The notes under the pieces: generated by a model
Told to the model about the DNA's origin: nothing
Seen by the model: the letters and a program-made list of their open reading frames with translations, nothing else
The model's database searches: none
Shown: in pieces, positions 23,665 through 35,824 of the stretch
Numbering within the stretch: the stretch's first letter is position 1
Layout of the letters: each line of letters opens with the position of its first letter
Program-made: the position numbers and the translations under genes
NCBI GenBank assembly: GCA_013115145.1
Contig: JAAPAO010000019.1
Location: 1 to 64,000, forward strand
Source of the DNA: Perkinsus chesapeaki ATCC PRA-425
Taxonomy: Eukaryota > Protista > Perkinsozoa
Reading direction: 5' to 3'
Length of the DNA stretch: 64,000 nucleotides

Positions 23665-24907
23665 CTAGTGACAAACAATGATACACTTTACTGAGTCTGT
23701 ACACTCTCCCGTTCAAACACGACGCACAATGGGAAAAATTTTTGGGAAAAGTCCGTTTTTTCCCGTAATTTATGAAAATTCTGGAAGAGTGTTGGGCTGT
23801 CCAGTGGCAAACAGTGTTCATATCATCCAGTCAATGGACCTCTCGAAATCTTCAGGAAAGAATCTCATCGCGATGTCCACACTACACCTTTTCAATATCT
23901 ACCTCGTCCTTGGGAAGATCAATTCGGTGGCGGCGAGCGAAGTTGAAGGTCCGAATCCGAAATAGAAAGATCATGTTCACGCTTGGGGCATTCAATTTCG
24001 TCTTTGAACTTTCAATTTCGTTCGGACCCAGGAGGTGCCTTCAATTTCGCTCACTTGGGAAAGTCAATTTCGTTTCTCGGAAATTCATTTCCATCCTAGT
24101 CTACGTGGTTATAAAGTGCAACTATGAACGACTCAACGTCGACTGTGTGGAAAACTGTATGTAAGGGAGGCAATTTCATATTGTGAAAGAGATGTTATAC
24201 TTTCCTATACCGTCCCCCTCTCGCGACTGTACAAACAAGGGTCATTTCATAATTAAAGTAGGCTGAGCATGAAAGCTACCAGAATAGATAATTCAGTGCG
24301 AGTTTACAGTACGTAAAAAATTAATGAGTGAAAAGGCAGGAGGTGATAGTAGAAGCGATTTTTCCACTGAATGAGACTTTCAACTAGCTCCCACTGCGGC
24401 AAGGTATTTACCAAGTTGACAGGGAAAAGATGCACGAGCTTTCCGTAGTAAATGTATGTAACACAACAGATGAGTTAGGTGTAAGTATGGATAAGTGTAG
24501 ATAGGTTCTTGAGAGGAATACTCATTATAGTGGGAATCTAATGTGAGGAATGATTCTCAGAAGAGTAGCCGACACTCAAGGACGTCACTTAATATGTTAC
24601 TCCGAGAAGAGCTCATTAATGAGAATGGTACCAAAATGGAGATCATGCTATAGCAACGATCGAAAAACATTACTCCGTGCACCGTAATAATAACCACGGA
24701 TGTGAATCTCATATATTAGTAATGGCGTTGTGAAAGCCGACAACCGATAAGACAACGATGAGCCTTGAAGATAAGATAAATAGAAGAAGAGTTAATACAA
24801 TAAGTCCTTTTCCCTTAGTAAAATGAACCAATTTCCCTCTCTAAGGAATAGGAAATATATATAAGGGTTGATCAAGAGTCGCTGCATAATACAGAGCAGG
24901 ATGGAAG

Positions 24908-25771
24908 TCAATTATTTTTGCTATAGACTAGCTCGCGATGTAGAGCATGTACTGCAGATACGGAACCAGAAATCACATAGACATCGTTTTCGTCGAGCTG
25001 ATAGGACATAACGGAACAGGAGGAGGATGATGAGGAGGGTGAATAAAAAGATTGCATATCCTTCTTAGACACGTGTGGAGTGACCCAACACAGGGTACAT
25101 GGGTAGGCATTGAGAAGTTGATCGATGTCATCATCGTCGTCATTGTCATCATTTATTGATGATGAAGATGCTGTTGCCTTTACGACATTAGGGACAGGAT
25201 GGTACAAATACCGAGAACTGTGAACCATACCGTCACGATCAACTTGTACAGCAATAACGACACTGGCCACCACATGGGCTAAAAATGATGGGTCCATTTC
25301 AGAATGCTCGATTGCTGGCTTAAGTGACAACACCCACTCGTTGTCATAATAAGTCACCACGCTGCAATCAAGGAAACCAGAGCTCGCAGAGACGGCCAGA
25401 TTCAACGCGTTTTCGCTGCCAACCACAATCATTATCTCGGAAGTTTGTTCGTTTTTTCTGAAAATGTAATCGGAGACGACGGTGTTGACCAGACTGTACA
25501 AGTTGCTCAGATTGGCAGTTGCACCAATAATGATACGTTTGTCCGTTCCTGGAAAATAATGGCTATATGGCGAGAAACGCACAACCGCACAGTTCTCCTT
25601 CTCGAGGCGCATAATAGTCGAGCCACGCATGCCCATTATCATACCAACAACGGTATCAGGCACGAGGAGTTTGAACCAAAATGGACCATCCACGAAGCGC
25701 TGCTGGCGGGACGAAGCCTGGCGTACCGGGCCCGAGGGTCGAATACCACGTTTAGTAAAGTGTGGGTTCAT
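24908..25771 (-). CDS. Intronless Nova-like KH-domain RNA-binding protein
   Basis: 287-aa ORF; FKLLVPDTVVGMIMGMRGSTIMRLEKENCAVVRFS...YFPGTDKRII matches type-I KH1 of the Nova family; degenerate KH-like C-terminus VYVISGSVSAVHALHREL. Confidence 0.85.
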   Translation of the reverse strand: MNPHFTKRGIRPSGPVRQASSRQQRFVDGPFWFKLLVPDTVVGMIMGMRGSTIMRLEKENCAVVRFSPYSHYFPGTDKRIIIGATANLSNLYSLVNTVVSDYIFRKNEQTSEIMIVVGSENALNLAVSASSGFLDCSVVTYYDNEWVLSLKPAIEHSEMDPSFLAHVVASVVIAVQVDRDGMVHSSRYLYHPVPNVVKATASSSSINDDNDDDDDIDQLLNAYPCTLCWVTPHVSKKDMQSFYSPSSSSSSCSVMSYQLDENDVYVISGSVSAVHALHRELVYSKNN

Positions 25772-25840
25772 GGATCCAAGGGTTTAGAAAAACACTAACA
25801 TAAGCAACATACCATAAAACTATTCTGAATAGAAACAGGA

Positions 25841-26040
25841 ATAGAGTATAAAGGGTAAAGTAAAGCGGTTATAGAGTATAAAGGGTAAAGTAAAGCGGTT
25901 ATAGACTATAAAGGGTAAAGTAGAGCGGTTATAGAGTATAAATGGTAAAGTAAAGCGGTTATAGAGTATAAATGGTAAAGTAAAGGGGTTATAGAGTATA
26001 AATGGTAAAGTAAAGGGGTTATAGAGTATAAAGGGTAAAG
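25841..26040. repeat. 30-bp minisatellite, about 6.7 copies
   Basis: Unit ATAGAGTATAAAGGGTAAAGTAAAGCGGTT with point variants. Confidence 0.97.
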
Positions 26041-26199
26041 GGGACATACTAAACGGACAAACATCAAGATTGCGGCAAATAAATCCACGGGAGTAGCACG
26101 AAAACAAAAGCAGGAAATTGGGAAGGAAACTCTAGGATACACAGTAGTAATGGTGAATATACGTACAATGTTATAATAACAATACAAATGAATGCGCAT

Positions 26200-29100
26200 C
26201 AGAGTCGTCGCCGATGGCCGCCTTGTCTTATCAAATGTTGCACTAGTGCTTCCGATCTCGATGATGTCACGTCACTCACTTGGGCAATTGGAAAACCATC
26301 GGGAGTGGCGGACGAGCTGCTGGTTGCAAAGGAGAATCCTTGCTGAGAGCCAGGGCCGGATGAGCTCGACCCTGTATAACCGTCATTCCTAGATAACTAC
26401 GACTTCCTCAACCCACCTTGCGATCGAATCGTTAAAGTCGTAGCGTCATCACCGCGTATACCCGCTTGTGATGCTCTTAGTTCATCTAATTGACGCTGGG
26501 TCATGGCCAACTGGCTGCTAATCTGAACACAGGTACGATGCGCACACAAAGTAGACAGCTGACTGGACCGATTGCATTAAGTATTGGTTGAGCTGTAATT
26601 CACACTCACCTCGGCGTATTCTATCTTCATTGCCTGGGCATTCGACACCGCTTTATCTCCTCGGGCTTGAGCAAGACAAAGCTCTGAGGCTCGGTCAGCC
26701 GCCTCGATCCTGGAGAGCTCCACGTGCTTCTGTAAATCCTGGCATTTCTGAGTCAACTCTGAAAGACACAACCACATCGCCGCGAAAAAATCAACGTTTC
26801 TGTCCGGAAAAGTTTTCTTCCGCAGCTTACCCCTATTTGCAGCCACCCACGTCCTGATCTGATCGCTCAATTGGTCAATAACGTCCTGTCGACTCGCTGC
26901 TAAGGAGTCCTCGTTTTCTCGACCCTGGGCGGCCAGCTCGTACTGCTCCGATAGCTGTTTCGATAGTTCATCCACCTAAGTAGAAAGCCGTTGAGCATAA
27001 CAGAACTACTGTCCTCCTTACCTTTGCAGCAAGCGCTGCCATTCTTTTCCGTTGCTGCAGTACTTGTCCATTTGCCGAGCTTAACTGTTCTTGCGTTGTG
27101 AACAATTGATTGGCAAAACTATCGGCTCTCTCCTGTGAGGCCCTCAAGGCCTCCTGAAGCTCTTCCCCTCGTCCTTCATTCTCCACACCACACTCCACAC
27201 CACTGCTCCCCTTCGAGCTTGCCTGTGAACTCGCCGCCATCGCCGAAGTCTCCGCCTCTCGCCTGGCCCATGATGCACGCAGCTCCGCACCGGCTCGCGC
27301 ATGTTGTTCTTGCAGGTCGGATAGCTGCCGCTGTGACCGCTTCAACGCAATCTCTGTGTCCCGTAATTTGTCCCTCAACCGCCCAACCTAAAACAGCGTT
27401 TCCAGAGGCCAAACTGCCGCCCCTCAGGTCACCTGTTGCCAGGCCGCCACAGTCTGACTCCCCCCGCGAGACGCGACCGAGGAGTCGGTTTGGGTGGATA
27501 CGTTTTCGCTCGCCCGAAACTCGTTCGTATCGACTGCAATAAATTGGCGTCACCGCCCGTGACATCTCAAGGGGCTTTCGCTCGCCAAAGATGGCAATTC
27601 TTCCAGGATCTTTTTAAAGCCAGCTCACCTGCAACCGATACTCTTTCGACTTCGGTCGATCCCTTGCCGATGCCCGCTCCTTTCAGCTCCTTCAGTTCTG
27701 AGCTCACATTATAGTACTCCGACACCTTCGGCCGCATTAACTGAGAAAATCCGTTTCAAAAACGGCAGCACATCGCCACAGGTATGCAAAAGTTCGGTGG
27801 CTTATATGGGCTCGCCATTGGCTACAAACCAACCGATCCCTTCACCATTAGCCAACCCGCCAAGTGATACGAAAAGCACATTCCCAATCCCAGGACCGAT
27901 ATGAAACCTCCTACAATACGACGATTGGGGATCTCAATACTTGACAAAGCCGCATGGATGTTTATACCAATTACTACTGCACAACGGAAAGTGAAAGCCA
28001 ACCGCATAAAAGGTAATGGTCGATAACCCATGTTCTATATAAACTCCCCGGACATTAGCAAATCATCCAGCATTATCAAAATATGTCCTTGGTACAAAGA
28101 TGCAATGTAAAGCTTAACCATTGATAAAGTCCTAGAGCAACAATAAAGCCCGGCATAATTCCTCTCCCTCCTCACATGGTACATTCAAAAACGCTGAAGC
28201 TGGTGCCTTCGCCACGCCTCACTGCCGCCTTACTTCTATCTCCCTCTGCAGCTCCCTCACTTTCCTCTTTAAAACCGCAGCAGATTCAATAGAAGGGAAG
28301 TACGAGGGAGATGACTCCTCGGAAGATGTCTCCTCGACGCCTGGATACACGGCCATCAATTCTGACGTCCACTCTCTGGCTTCCGAGCTGCCATGCTCGG
28401 CGAGCCTCAGCTGGACTCCCGCATTTCGACACTATCCCCGAAACTCATTCCAACAGACGCGTAATTTCCATCAAAAATTCAAGATGGTGAAATTAGTGAG
28501 CCTCAGTTTAGCTTCCTACACAAAGCGAAGGAGCGTATCATACTGGGAAGGGTTATCTCCTTTTCCACTCCTCAATGGAAAGATACGACCAGAAGGTAGA
28601 CTACGGTCACATAAGTGGGATTATTAAGATTCATGGGAGTAATGCTGCGCAACAGGCTCATCCATATCCCTATACTACCCTCCTCCATACTCGAGTCAGT
28701 CTGGCATTCAGCCTCCACTAGATTGCTCGAAGGCAGCAGCCTCGGGGTTATAACAGCAGCTGATGGCTGAGAGTTCCTTGAGACCTCCGCCAACCTGGCC
28801 TCCAGATTCGCCACCTTCACTTGCAGGGATGTTATCTCCCTGAAAAAAGATATACTATAATAAGAATCATGTAAGCAAGAGAGAATACGAACGGAGAGTA
28901 CGGAGGGACTATTGCGGCAGGCCGCAATCGCCGCGGACTCGCCACAAATTCATGTCACCGGCAGGGAAGGTGACACCAGGGCCTCATTGGATCAGCTTCG
29001 CCAATGTTCCAGGAAAAAGTCGCGGCGTAGAACATAACGATAGAGCTTTCCATAAAAGGGCCTCAGCTAGAATGCACTTGATGTCCTTTTTTGCTCAAAC

Positions 29101-30050
29101 TTTCGATTGTCCTTGCGGCCTCACGGAGCACCATACGCCTAGCTCCGCTACATCCCGCAGACAGAAATAAGCTACCCCGAGAACCGTACGTCAGTATATA
29201 CATCCCCCGTCAAGATATAATCAAATTGATTCCCCAGGAGACTACATACGCTTTGTAATGATTACTAGGAAGGCAGATTGGATCGATATATTAAAATAGT
29301 ACTTTATAATATATGCCGTAAAGTATTGCCAATGGAAATGCTATGACCTTCCATGTCCAGTTTCTAGTACAAGCATCGACATCCAAAACCACCACTAGAG
29401 CATTCGTAAGGCCCAGGATGGTATGATAAAGTGCTATAAGTATCACTAGGAATACTAGGGATAATTATAACACTGTATCACAGCGACGCGTACGGATGTC
29501 GTACTACCTCCCTCTGCCCGGCCCTCTAATCACAAGGAGGTTGAGTTGCAGCCAGTGGATGTTAGCCTTGACCCACCCGACACGGCAATAGTAATATCAC
29601 TAATTATTAACAGTAGTAGGTACTTATTACTAAGTATCGATTACGTCTAGCGTATGCGACATTAGTGGTATGGCTAATATGTATCATTATTATGATTCCC
29701 CTCTGGGCAAAGGACCTTCGCCCATCTAAATGTGCTGCAATACACTCCATCCCCTCCCCCGTATTACTCTTGTTTCTCCTGAAGCTGCAGCACCCACATG
29801 CTAGATGATGATGACCAGAACTTATGCTTCTTCAATCGCCGTACTAATGAGTCTCTCTCCTCGGTCACTCCTGCCAATTGAACTTCCAATGCATGGACTT
29901 GAAAGTCCTGGGCCGTAGCAGTGATCGTTGGGGCTGCTCCAGAGGTGGAGCCGGAATAGTAGCTCATACGGGAAGCAGAATGGTATTGTCAATCGATAGG
30001 ATGAAAACAACCTGCACAGATGCTCACACTTTGCCGAAATTGTCATCCTT
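26200..30050 (-). CDS. Large multi-exon coiled-coil protein; boundaries approximate
   Basis: Heptad-like exons: LEVQLAGVTEERDSLVRRLKK, VANLEARLAEVSR, LKRKVRELQREIE, LRDTEIALKRSQRQLSDLQEQ, LQEALRASQERADSFANQL, LSELTQKCQDLQKHVEL. Confidence 0.55.
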
Positions 30051-30641
30051 GCATTGCAGCGCTCGGTTTAGGAACTTTCATAGCTCCACTGAGTGCTAAT
30101 AGTTGTGGTTAGAATATCACCGAAGAATCCATCCGATGTTCTCGAGAGGGACACTGAGCCTGCAAAGCCCTTCAGCTTCCCACTTTTTTAAAGTGCCATA
30201 ATGTCTATCTTCCTCTTCATTACCTCCTACAGAGTACTTTGTTTAATCCTCGGGCGCCGGCACACAAGCTCTGGAGGAGTATATCAATTATTAATCTGCT
30301 TAGGCTTAGACCATTGCGATATATTACCATTGTGCTTGCTAGTCTCCCCTACTTACACAAACCAAAGGGTAGGTATGAAACCGGTTACCAGTGATCCCAT
30401 ACAGCGTTCATACGGTCGACCAATGACCCTTTCCCCTTGTAACCCGCCACACGATTCCTCTCCATCTTCCCCTATTGCGAACCAAACACTAACACTTGAG
30501 AAACATCAGTAACTGCCCATCACTCAGCTTCAGCGGGGGCGGTGGTGCCAAGATGTCGAGCCTCCTCTGCCTCCTTACCAGGCCCCATATGCCAGAAAGT
30601 GTACCTATCAAAAACTGTCGATCGACAACAGTGGAGATATG

Positions 30642-33551
30642 TTACGTTTCAGAGCCACCAAAGCCACCCTTTGCTCGGTAGTTGGACCACACACCACCAG
30701 TGTTGGAATAATAGTCCATTGGGTAGCGTAAAGGCTCATCTTCATTGGAGGAAGAAGAAGAAGAAGAACAGCAAGTAGATGAGCTGTTATTACAACAACC
30801 AGAAGAAGAAGGACGACCGTATCTAAAGTAGCATTATAACGTGCCCCTTGCTATCATTCCTCTCTTCTTGTTTACGTAAAAATAAACCCAACCTAATCTC
30901 TAAGGTAGTTCTCTCTTTCCCAGGATCACCATCTACCTCCAACCAGCAAAAAGGGTACTAATGCCTTCAGAACCTCAATTTTTTAACCTCTCTGCACCTT
31001 TCAAATATTGCCCCAATATTTGACATAAAGTATTATTACATACCCCAGACTAGCTCATATTTCAATTCCTAAAGATATTTTCTAGCTCAACTTGGTCACT
31101 ACCTTTCCTTTCCAAATGCCACACATGCCTCGTAACTCGACAGTAATGGAGCATCCTTCGAGTAACTAAGAACAACAATACCATAACACCCACTATAGCA
31201 GCAGCATCAGCAGCAGCATCTTACTCTGCTGCGCCCCAATCGATGGCCAATCGAGGGCAGGCTACTTCAACCCAGCAACCAACAGAGTCACCAAGATCTC
31301 TCAACTTCTCGGTCGTAATCTAAAAGGGAAGGATATGACCCTCGGTGCGAAAGTGGTCAGCCAAAACGGTCGCCTAATCTTCAAAGTGATTCGATAAAAC
31401 AAGGGACAGTCTTTCAAGGAGGCCTATAGCCTCGTGTGTCACTCCGAGCCGAAAGCATAGTTCTTACTGCAGAGTGCATACAATCGAAATTTCGCTAGAG
31501 AATATGTTCCTAGACCAAAAGGGAGCATCTGAAGTTCCTCTTTGAGCCCCTGCCGCCTTTTAACGACTAAATTATATCTACTTCTTGACCTCATCGCAGT
31601 CCTTTCCAAAACCGTCCTCCATTTCTTTCCCCATCAGAGCCCCCTTTATTATCACCTCACTGAGTAACACAGTTACTGTCTCCCTGCCTGATTTGTGTAT
31701 TATATCTCGAACTGTCTCCAATATACCCACTGAACCTTGCCTTCCTAGGGTGCCCAGAATTAACCCTGAGCATAGCAACACACCTATAAACTCTACCACA
31801 AGAAAAATATAAATATAAGTCTGATTCCCACACTCGAGCTCACAAATACCATGGCTATTTTTTCGCGTATCTTTGACGCCCGTAAGATGCAGTAATCAAG
31901 CCTGCCCGCCCCTCCTACCAACAGTTTTCTTAGATGCACGTGCCCGAGCTATCTCATCCTCTCTAGTGCGGTGCATGGTATCCTGATCTAGACCTTCACG
32001 GAAGAGCCTTCTCGTATAAGGGCAGTATCTTAACCTGCAACCAAAGCAATACAAGTAGCACGCGATAATACCGTGTTCTTCTACCTAGTAATCGACGGCG
32101 GGAAAATTCATAAAATTTCCCGAAATTTTACCCGAAAATTCTAAGAATTTCCCAACACACTATGAAGAGAACGGCACTTACACATTAGTGATCGTTGGAC
32201 TCGCCATCATAGCACCTTCAAGATGGAATCGACCATCAGCAATGTAATAGATAGTCTTGGCCCGATCGTCCACTGCAGGAGCTGTACAACCGAGCGTCTA
32301 TGGTGGATGAGATGAAAGCAACGGACCATGGATACCATAGTACCTCTCCCTTGCTCAATGGTTTCACTTGAGGAATGAACAAGTCATCTGCACTCCACCC
32401 ATATCTGAGGTTAAAGCGTGCATTTTACAGACTTAGGTCGCTTTCACACTTGTAATAGTTCACTTTCCCACAGCTAATAAGCTGGATACGAGGGACGGAA
32501 CGTTAAGATATTCTTTCAAGTGACAATACCTAATTGTTCGATTCCATAATACCCGAATAGCGGTATCTACAGCTTTGTACGATTCTCAAAGATATTTCCG
32601 AGGTTAACTCGTTCTCTCCTATTACTTTCTCTGCATTATACTTTTGCCTTCATCTAGCAACTGTGAGAATTGCACTGTCGCCATCAGCGCAACGGGCCTC
32701 TGCTCGGGAGGGACGGCAGCAGCAAGTGATGCGGTCATATGATTAACATCGTAAGATATGCGAACAAGGACGTATCTTAGGTTGAAGCGTGCAAGATGCG
32801 AAAATGGTCGGCAACTTACATTGTATAAAGAACCGTTTGGTCCACCGGCGTCAAGCACGAATGACCTTATAACAGAAATAAGACTAGCGTAACCAAGACA
32901 AGTACCATAATGGACCATCGCATCGGCTCCGATCGCTCGGCAAGTAAGATCGTCTATACAGCAAGCACCGAACACCGCATCAGCCACTATTGTAACTGTC
33001 TGCAAATATGGCGTACAGAACCTGTATAATATACTGTACTAGACAAGAGGATCCGTTAGTACTTCTTGAATATATCCGAAAGGACTGTGGCGAATTGAAG
33101 GAGACCGTCGGGAAGCTGCAAGGCTACATGGGTGCATTTCTGAGAGTAACAATAAACGGAGAGCGCACGGCATAGTCGCGCGGTCTTGTCATAAACTTCC
33201 TACACCTCATTTCTATTGAACTCATGCCCCGTTCAAAAAACAAAGATGCGCATTGGATCAAGAAGTCTCACGTATAGATATGGATGGGTCAGCAGAGTCG
33301 CGCTCAATATGGGCGAGAGATGTCCATTCGAAACCAGAATCCGGTCAACTGACGTGGTGCCTTATCAACATCAATTGTTCGAATTTCGAAATGGTGGTAT
33401 TTTCCAGCGGCTTTATTACTCTCTTTCGCAGCTTGTATATGGTTTGAGGTATCTCAAAGTCATAACTAGGAGGCAATGCCCTAGCAATAGCCTTACTAAG
33501 TAGCTCAGGATCGTAGCCTAGCTCTGGGTCGATAGAATCACCTAGAGCCAT
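30642..33551 (-). CDS. DPH1: Diphthamide biosynthesis protein 1
   Basis: [32 protein letters not shown]...[67 protein letters not shown]. Confidence 0.93.
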
Positions 33552-33690
33552 TACCAACAACAACTACTAGGGGCAAAAAGATAGGAACACTATCAAATCA
33601 TTCCGCATTAATTTATTATAACCGCTCTTAGTGTTTCACTAAAAACTCAATACTCTCCTTATATAGTAGAGTACATACAAATGTCTCAAA

Positions 33691-33762
33691 CACCTCGCCA
33701 GCGGATTGAACCCTGGACCATGTAATACTGAAATCACCGCTCTACCATTCAGCCATGATACC
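33691..33762 (-). pseudogene. tRNA-derived relic (pseudo-tRNA or SINE head)
   Basis: A-box-like TGGCTGAATGGTAGAGC and B-box-like GGTTCAATCC at tRNA spacing; anticodon stem GTGAT/ATTAC with a 6-nt loop; T stem 4/5 paired; acceptor stem does not pair. Confidence 0.6.
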
Positions 33763-33871
33763 ACTTCAAAAGCAATCGTCAAGTTTTTCGTTCCACCACA
33801 ACTCCTCAAAATACCGATGAGATCGAAGAAGTCTCGCTCGCCTTTTTGCTAAATTTTGTGACACTTGTTGT

Positions 33872-34687
33872 ATGATTGCTGTTATGCGTTTAACCATCAT
33901 CTTCGGCACCGCCGCTACCCTTGCCATTTGTGGGCCTAGGCCGTTGCGAGTGCTCTATGGGGAAGGGGAAAAAGATACTTACTTCATATTACCAGGAAAC
34001 GATCATTATCTTGAAACACACAAGCAAACGGGACGATATAGCTTCCAAAATGCAGGTGGAGGTCGAGTAGATCAATTCACCGTGAGAGCGTACGATTGGG
34101 CGACCACTGACGGCCATGACGATGTCGTGACCAAAGCTACTGTGTTGAAGCTCGATAAGAAAGGGCGAACAGAGCAGTTCAATGCTGATATAGATAAGCA
34201 CGGTCGGTGCCTGACTAACATTACAGCTCAGAAGGAGAGTTCAGACCGTCTTGGGCGGGAAAGGTCCCGCACGCACGCGATTACGGCTCAGAATGATTTA
34301 AATCAAGTCTGCCAGGAAAATAATTTCCTGAGGCTTCCGCAAGGCAAGTTGTCCGACCTTCTTCCCGGGAAATACAAAGGCGAAATGGAGGGTGAAATTG
34401 ATGAGGAAGTTAACATCAAAAAGGGAAAGGTTCCTGATAGTGTCATTGGCACCGAGGACAAAACTAAGACCTTCAGTGACAGCCATATGATAGAAATCGG
34501 TGGTTTAATAATAAGCCAAGTCAGATTTCACGACTCGGGTGGGAAATCCTGGGATGATCTCTATCTCATTCTCCAGCCCGTAAAACGATCTACGAAAGGT
34601 GTTGCAAGAGCGACTATTCCCTACGCTTATGTTGATCATTTCGGCAAGGATAATATGGAACAGTGGACGCTATCCTACGAAGCATGA
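33872..34687 (+). CDS. Intronless secreted protein, paralog 1 of a tandem pair
   Basis: 271-aa ORF with signal-like MRLTIIFGTAATLAICG; shares VTKA.vLKLD..G.T..F.A...K.G.C with the next ORF. Confidence 0.75.
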   Translation: MIAVMRLTIIFGTAATLAICGPRPLRVLYGEGEKDTYFILPGNDHYLETHKQTGRYSFQNAGGGRVDQFTVRAYDWATTDGHDDVVTKATVLKLDKKGRTEQFNADIDKHGRCLTNITAQKESSDRLGRERSRTHAITAQNDLNQVCQENNFLRLPQGKLSDLLPGKYKGEMEGEIDEEVNIKKGKVPDSVIGTEDKTKTFSDSHMIEIGGLIISQVRFHDSGGKSWDDLYLILQPVKRSTKGVARATIPYAYVDHFGKDNMEQWTLSYEA

Positions 34688-34776
34688 TGTTCATGATGAT
34701 GTTGTTGTTGTTTGGATTCGTTATTGTCGTTTTCCAATGGCAAGGGAAATACAGCAGTCCATTTGAGTTGATCGTA

Positions 34777-35652
34777 ATGTTATCCCACGCTTTGAAATCC
34801 ATCTTGGTATCATCAATTGGTGTGACTGCAAAGCTTAGAGAGCTGCAAATGCTATACGCCAAGGGGGCCCTTGGCCGCTATTATCTGATACCTGATGATC
34901 GCACCTGTACCAGCGAAGATACTTACCAGGGTAGAACATTGTGTGATAATGTAAACGTAACAGATAGAGCTACAAGAGACATGTTCTTATCGCATTTCCC
35001 TTGGATATTGACTGATGCTGAAAAGACCTTTGATCCTGTTACCAAGGCAAGAATACTCAAGTTAGACAATGACGGCTACACACAGGAGTTCACGGCTCAT
35101 GTTAATAAAGCCGAAGGGAAGTGTTTCGACCACATACGGTACGTTGGTGAGAATCCAGCCGAGCACGATATTGAGGTGCAGTATATGCAGCAAGACGTTC
35201 GTGAGGTGTGTCAATCATTGGAGATATTACCTTCCTACATAGCTAAGAGAAAACCGGTGGTTTTCAAGCCTGGCATTTATGTTGGTGGAAAAGCTGGTGA
35301 CTTTAAGGTAACACTCAAAGTTCTACCGGAATTGAAGGAACTTGAATACAGTACCACCATGATCAATGATAATATAGCAATACGCGGTATCGACTACTTC
35401 CCAGCCAAGGACAGAGTGCTTGCTAAAGTACATATTACTGACAAGGACGACTATAACTATAAAACACCAATCAATGTTGTTCTGAAGCCGACTGTCGGAG
35501 AAAAGGCATCTAGAATCCTGAAGGGCCTCTTCTCACCTAAGGTTGGCCGTGGTAAACTTGATACGCTTGAAGCCTGGGATAGGAAAATTTCCGCAAATAT
35601 TGATGCGGGAGAGTTCAGTTCAACTCTGAGGGAACCAAGGCCCAGTGAGTAG
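34777..35652 (+). CDS. Intronless secreted protein, paralog 2; in-frame upstream ATGs from 34684
   Basis: RELQMLYAKGALGRYYLIP aligns with paralog 1 RPLRVLYGEGEKDTYFILP, which places the likely start at MLSHALKSILV (34777). Confidence 0.7.
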   Translation: MLSHALKSILVSSIGVTAKLRELQMLYAKGALGRYYLIPDDRTCTSEDTYQGRTLCDNVNVTDRATRDMFLSHFPWILTDAEKTFDPVTKARILKLDNDGYTQEFTAHVNKAEGKCFDHIRYVGENPAEHDIEVQYMQQDVREVCQSLEILPSYIAKRKPVVFKPGIYVGGKAGDFKVTLKVLPELKELEYSTTMINDNIAIRGIDYFPAKDRVLAKVHITDKDDYNYKTPINVVLKPTVGEKASRILKGLFSPKVGRGKLDTLEAWDRKISANIDAGEFSSTLREPRPSE

Positions 35653-35824
35653 GTGTAGGAGTGAATGATAATTAAGATGCTAATCGATTTCGGAAGGCCA
35701 AAATGGTATTCTAGATTTTGATTAGCTTTATTATTTATCCAATAAAGATGTGGTGTGTGTTTGATGTTGTTGTTCAATGACTATTCATGTTGAGTATCAA
35801 GTATCAATGTGACGTTATTATATT

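Noticed and set aside
25841-26040. CRISPR-like array
   Set aside because: Units are contiguous with no unique spacers, there are no cas genes, and the context is eukaryotic.
34684-34687. ATGA stop/start overlap suggesting operon-like translational coupling
   Set aside because: Alignment with paralog 1 puts the likely start at 34777; the upstream Met run comes from an ATG/TTG microsatellite. Only 5' end mapping could revive it.
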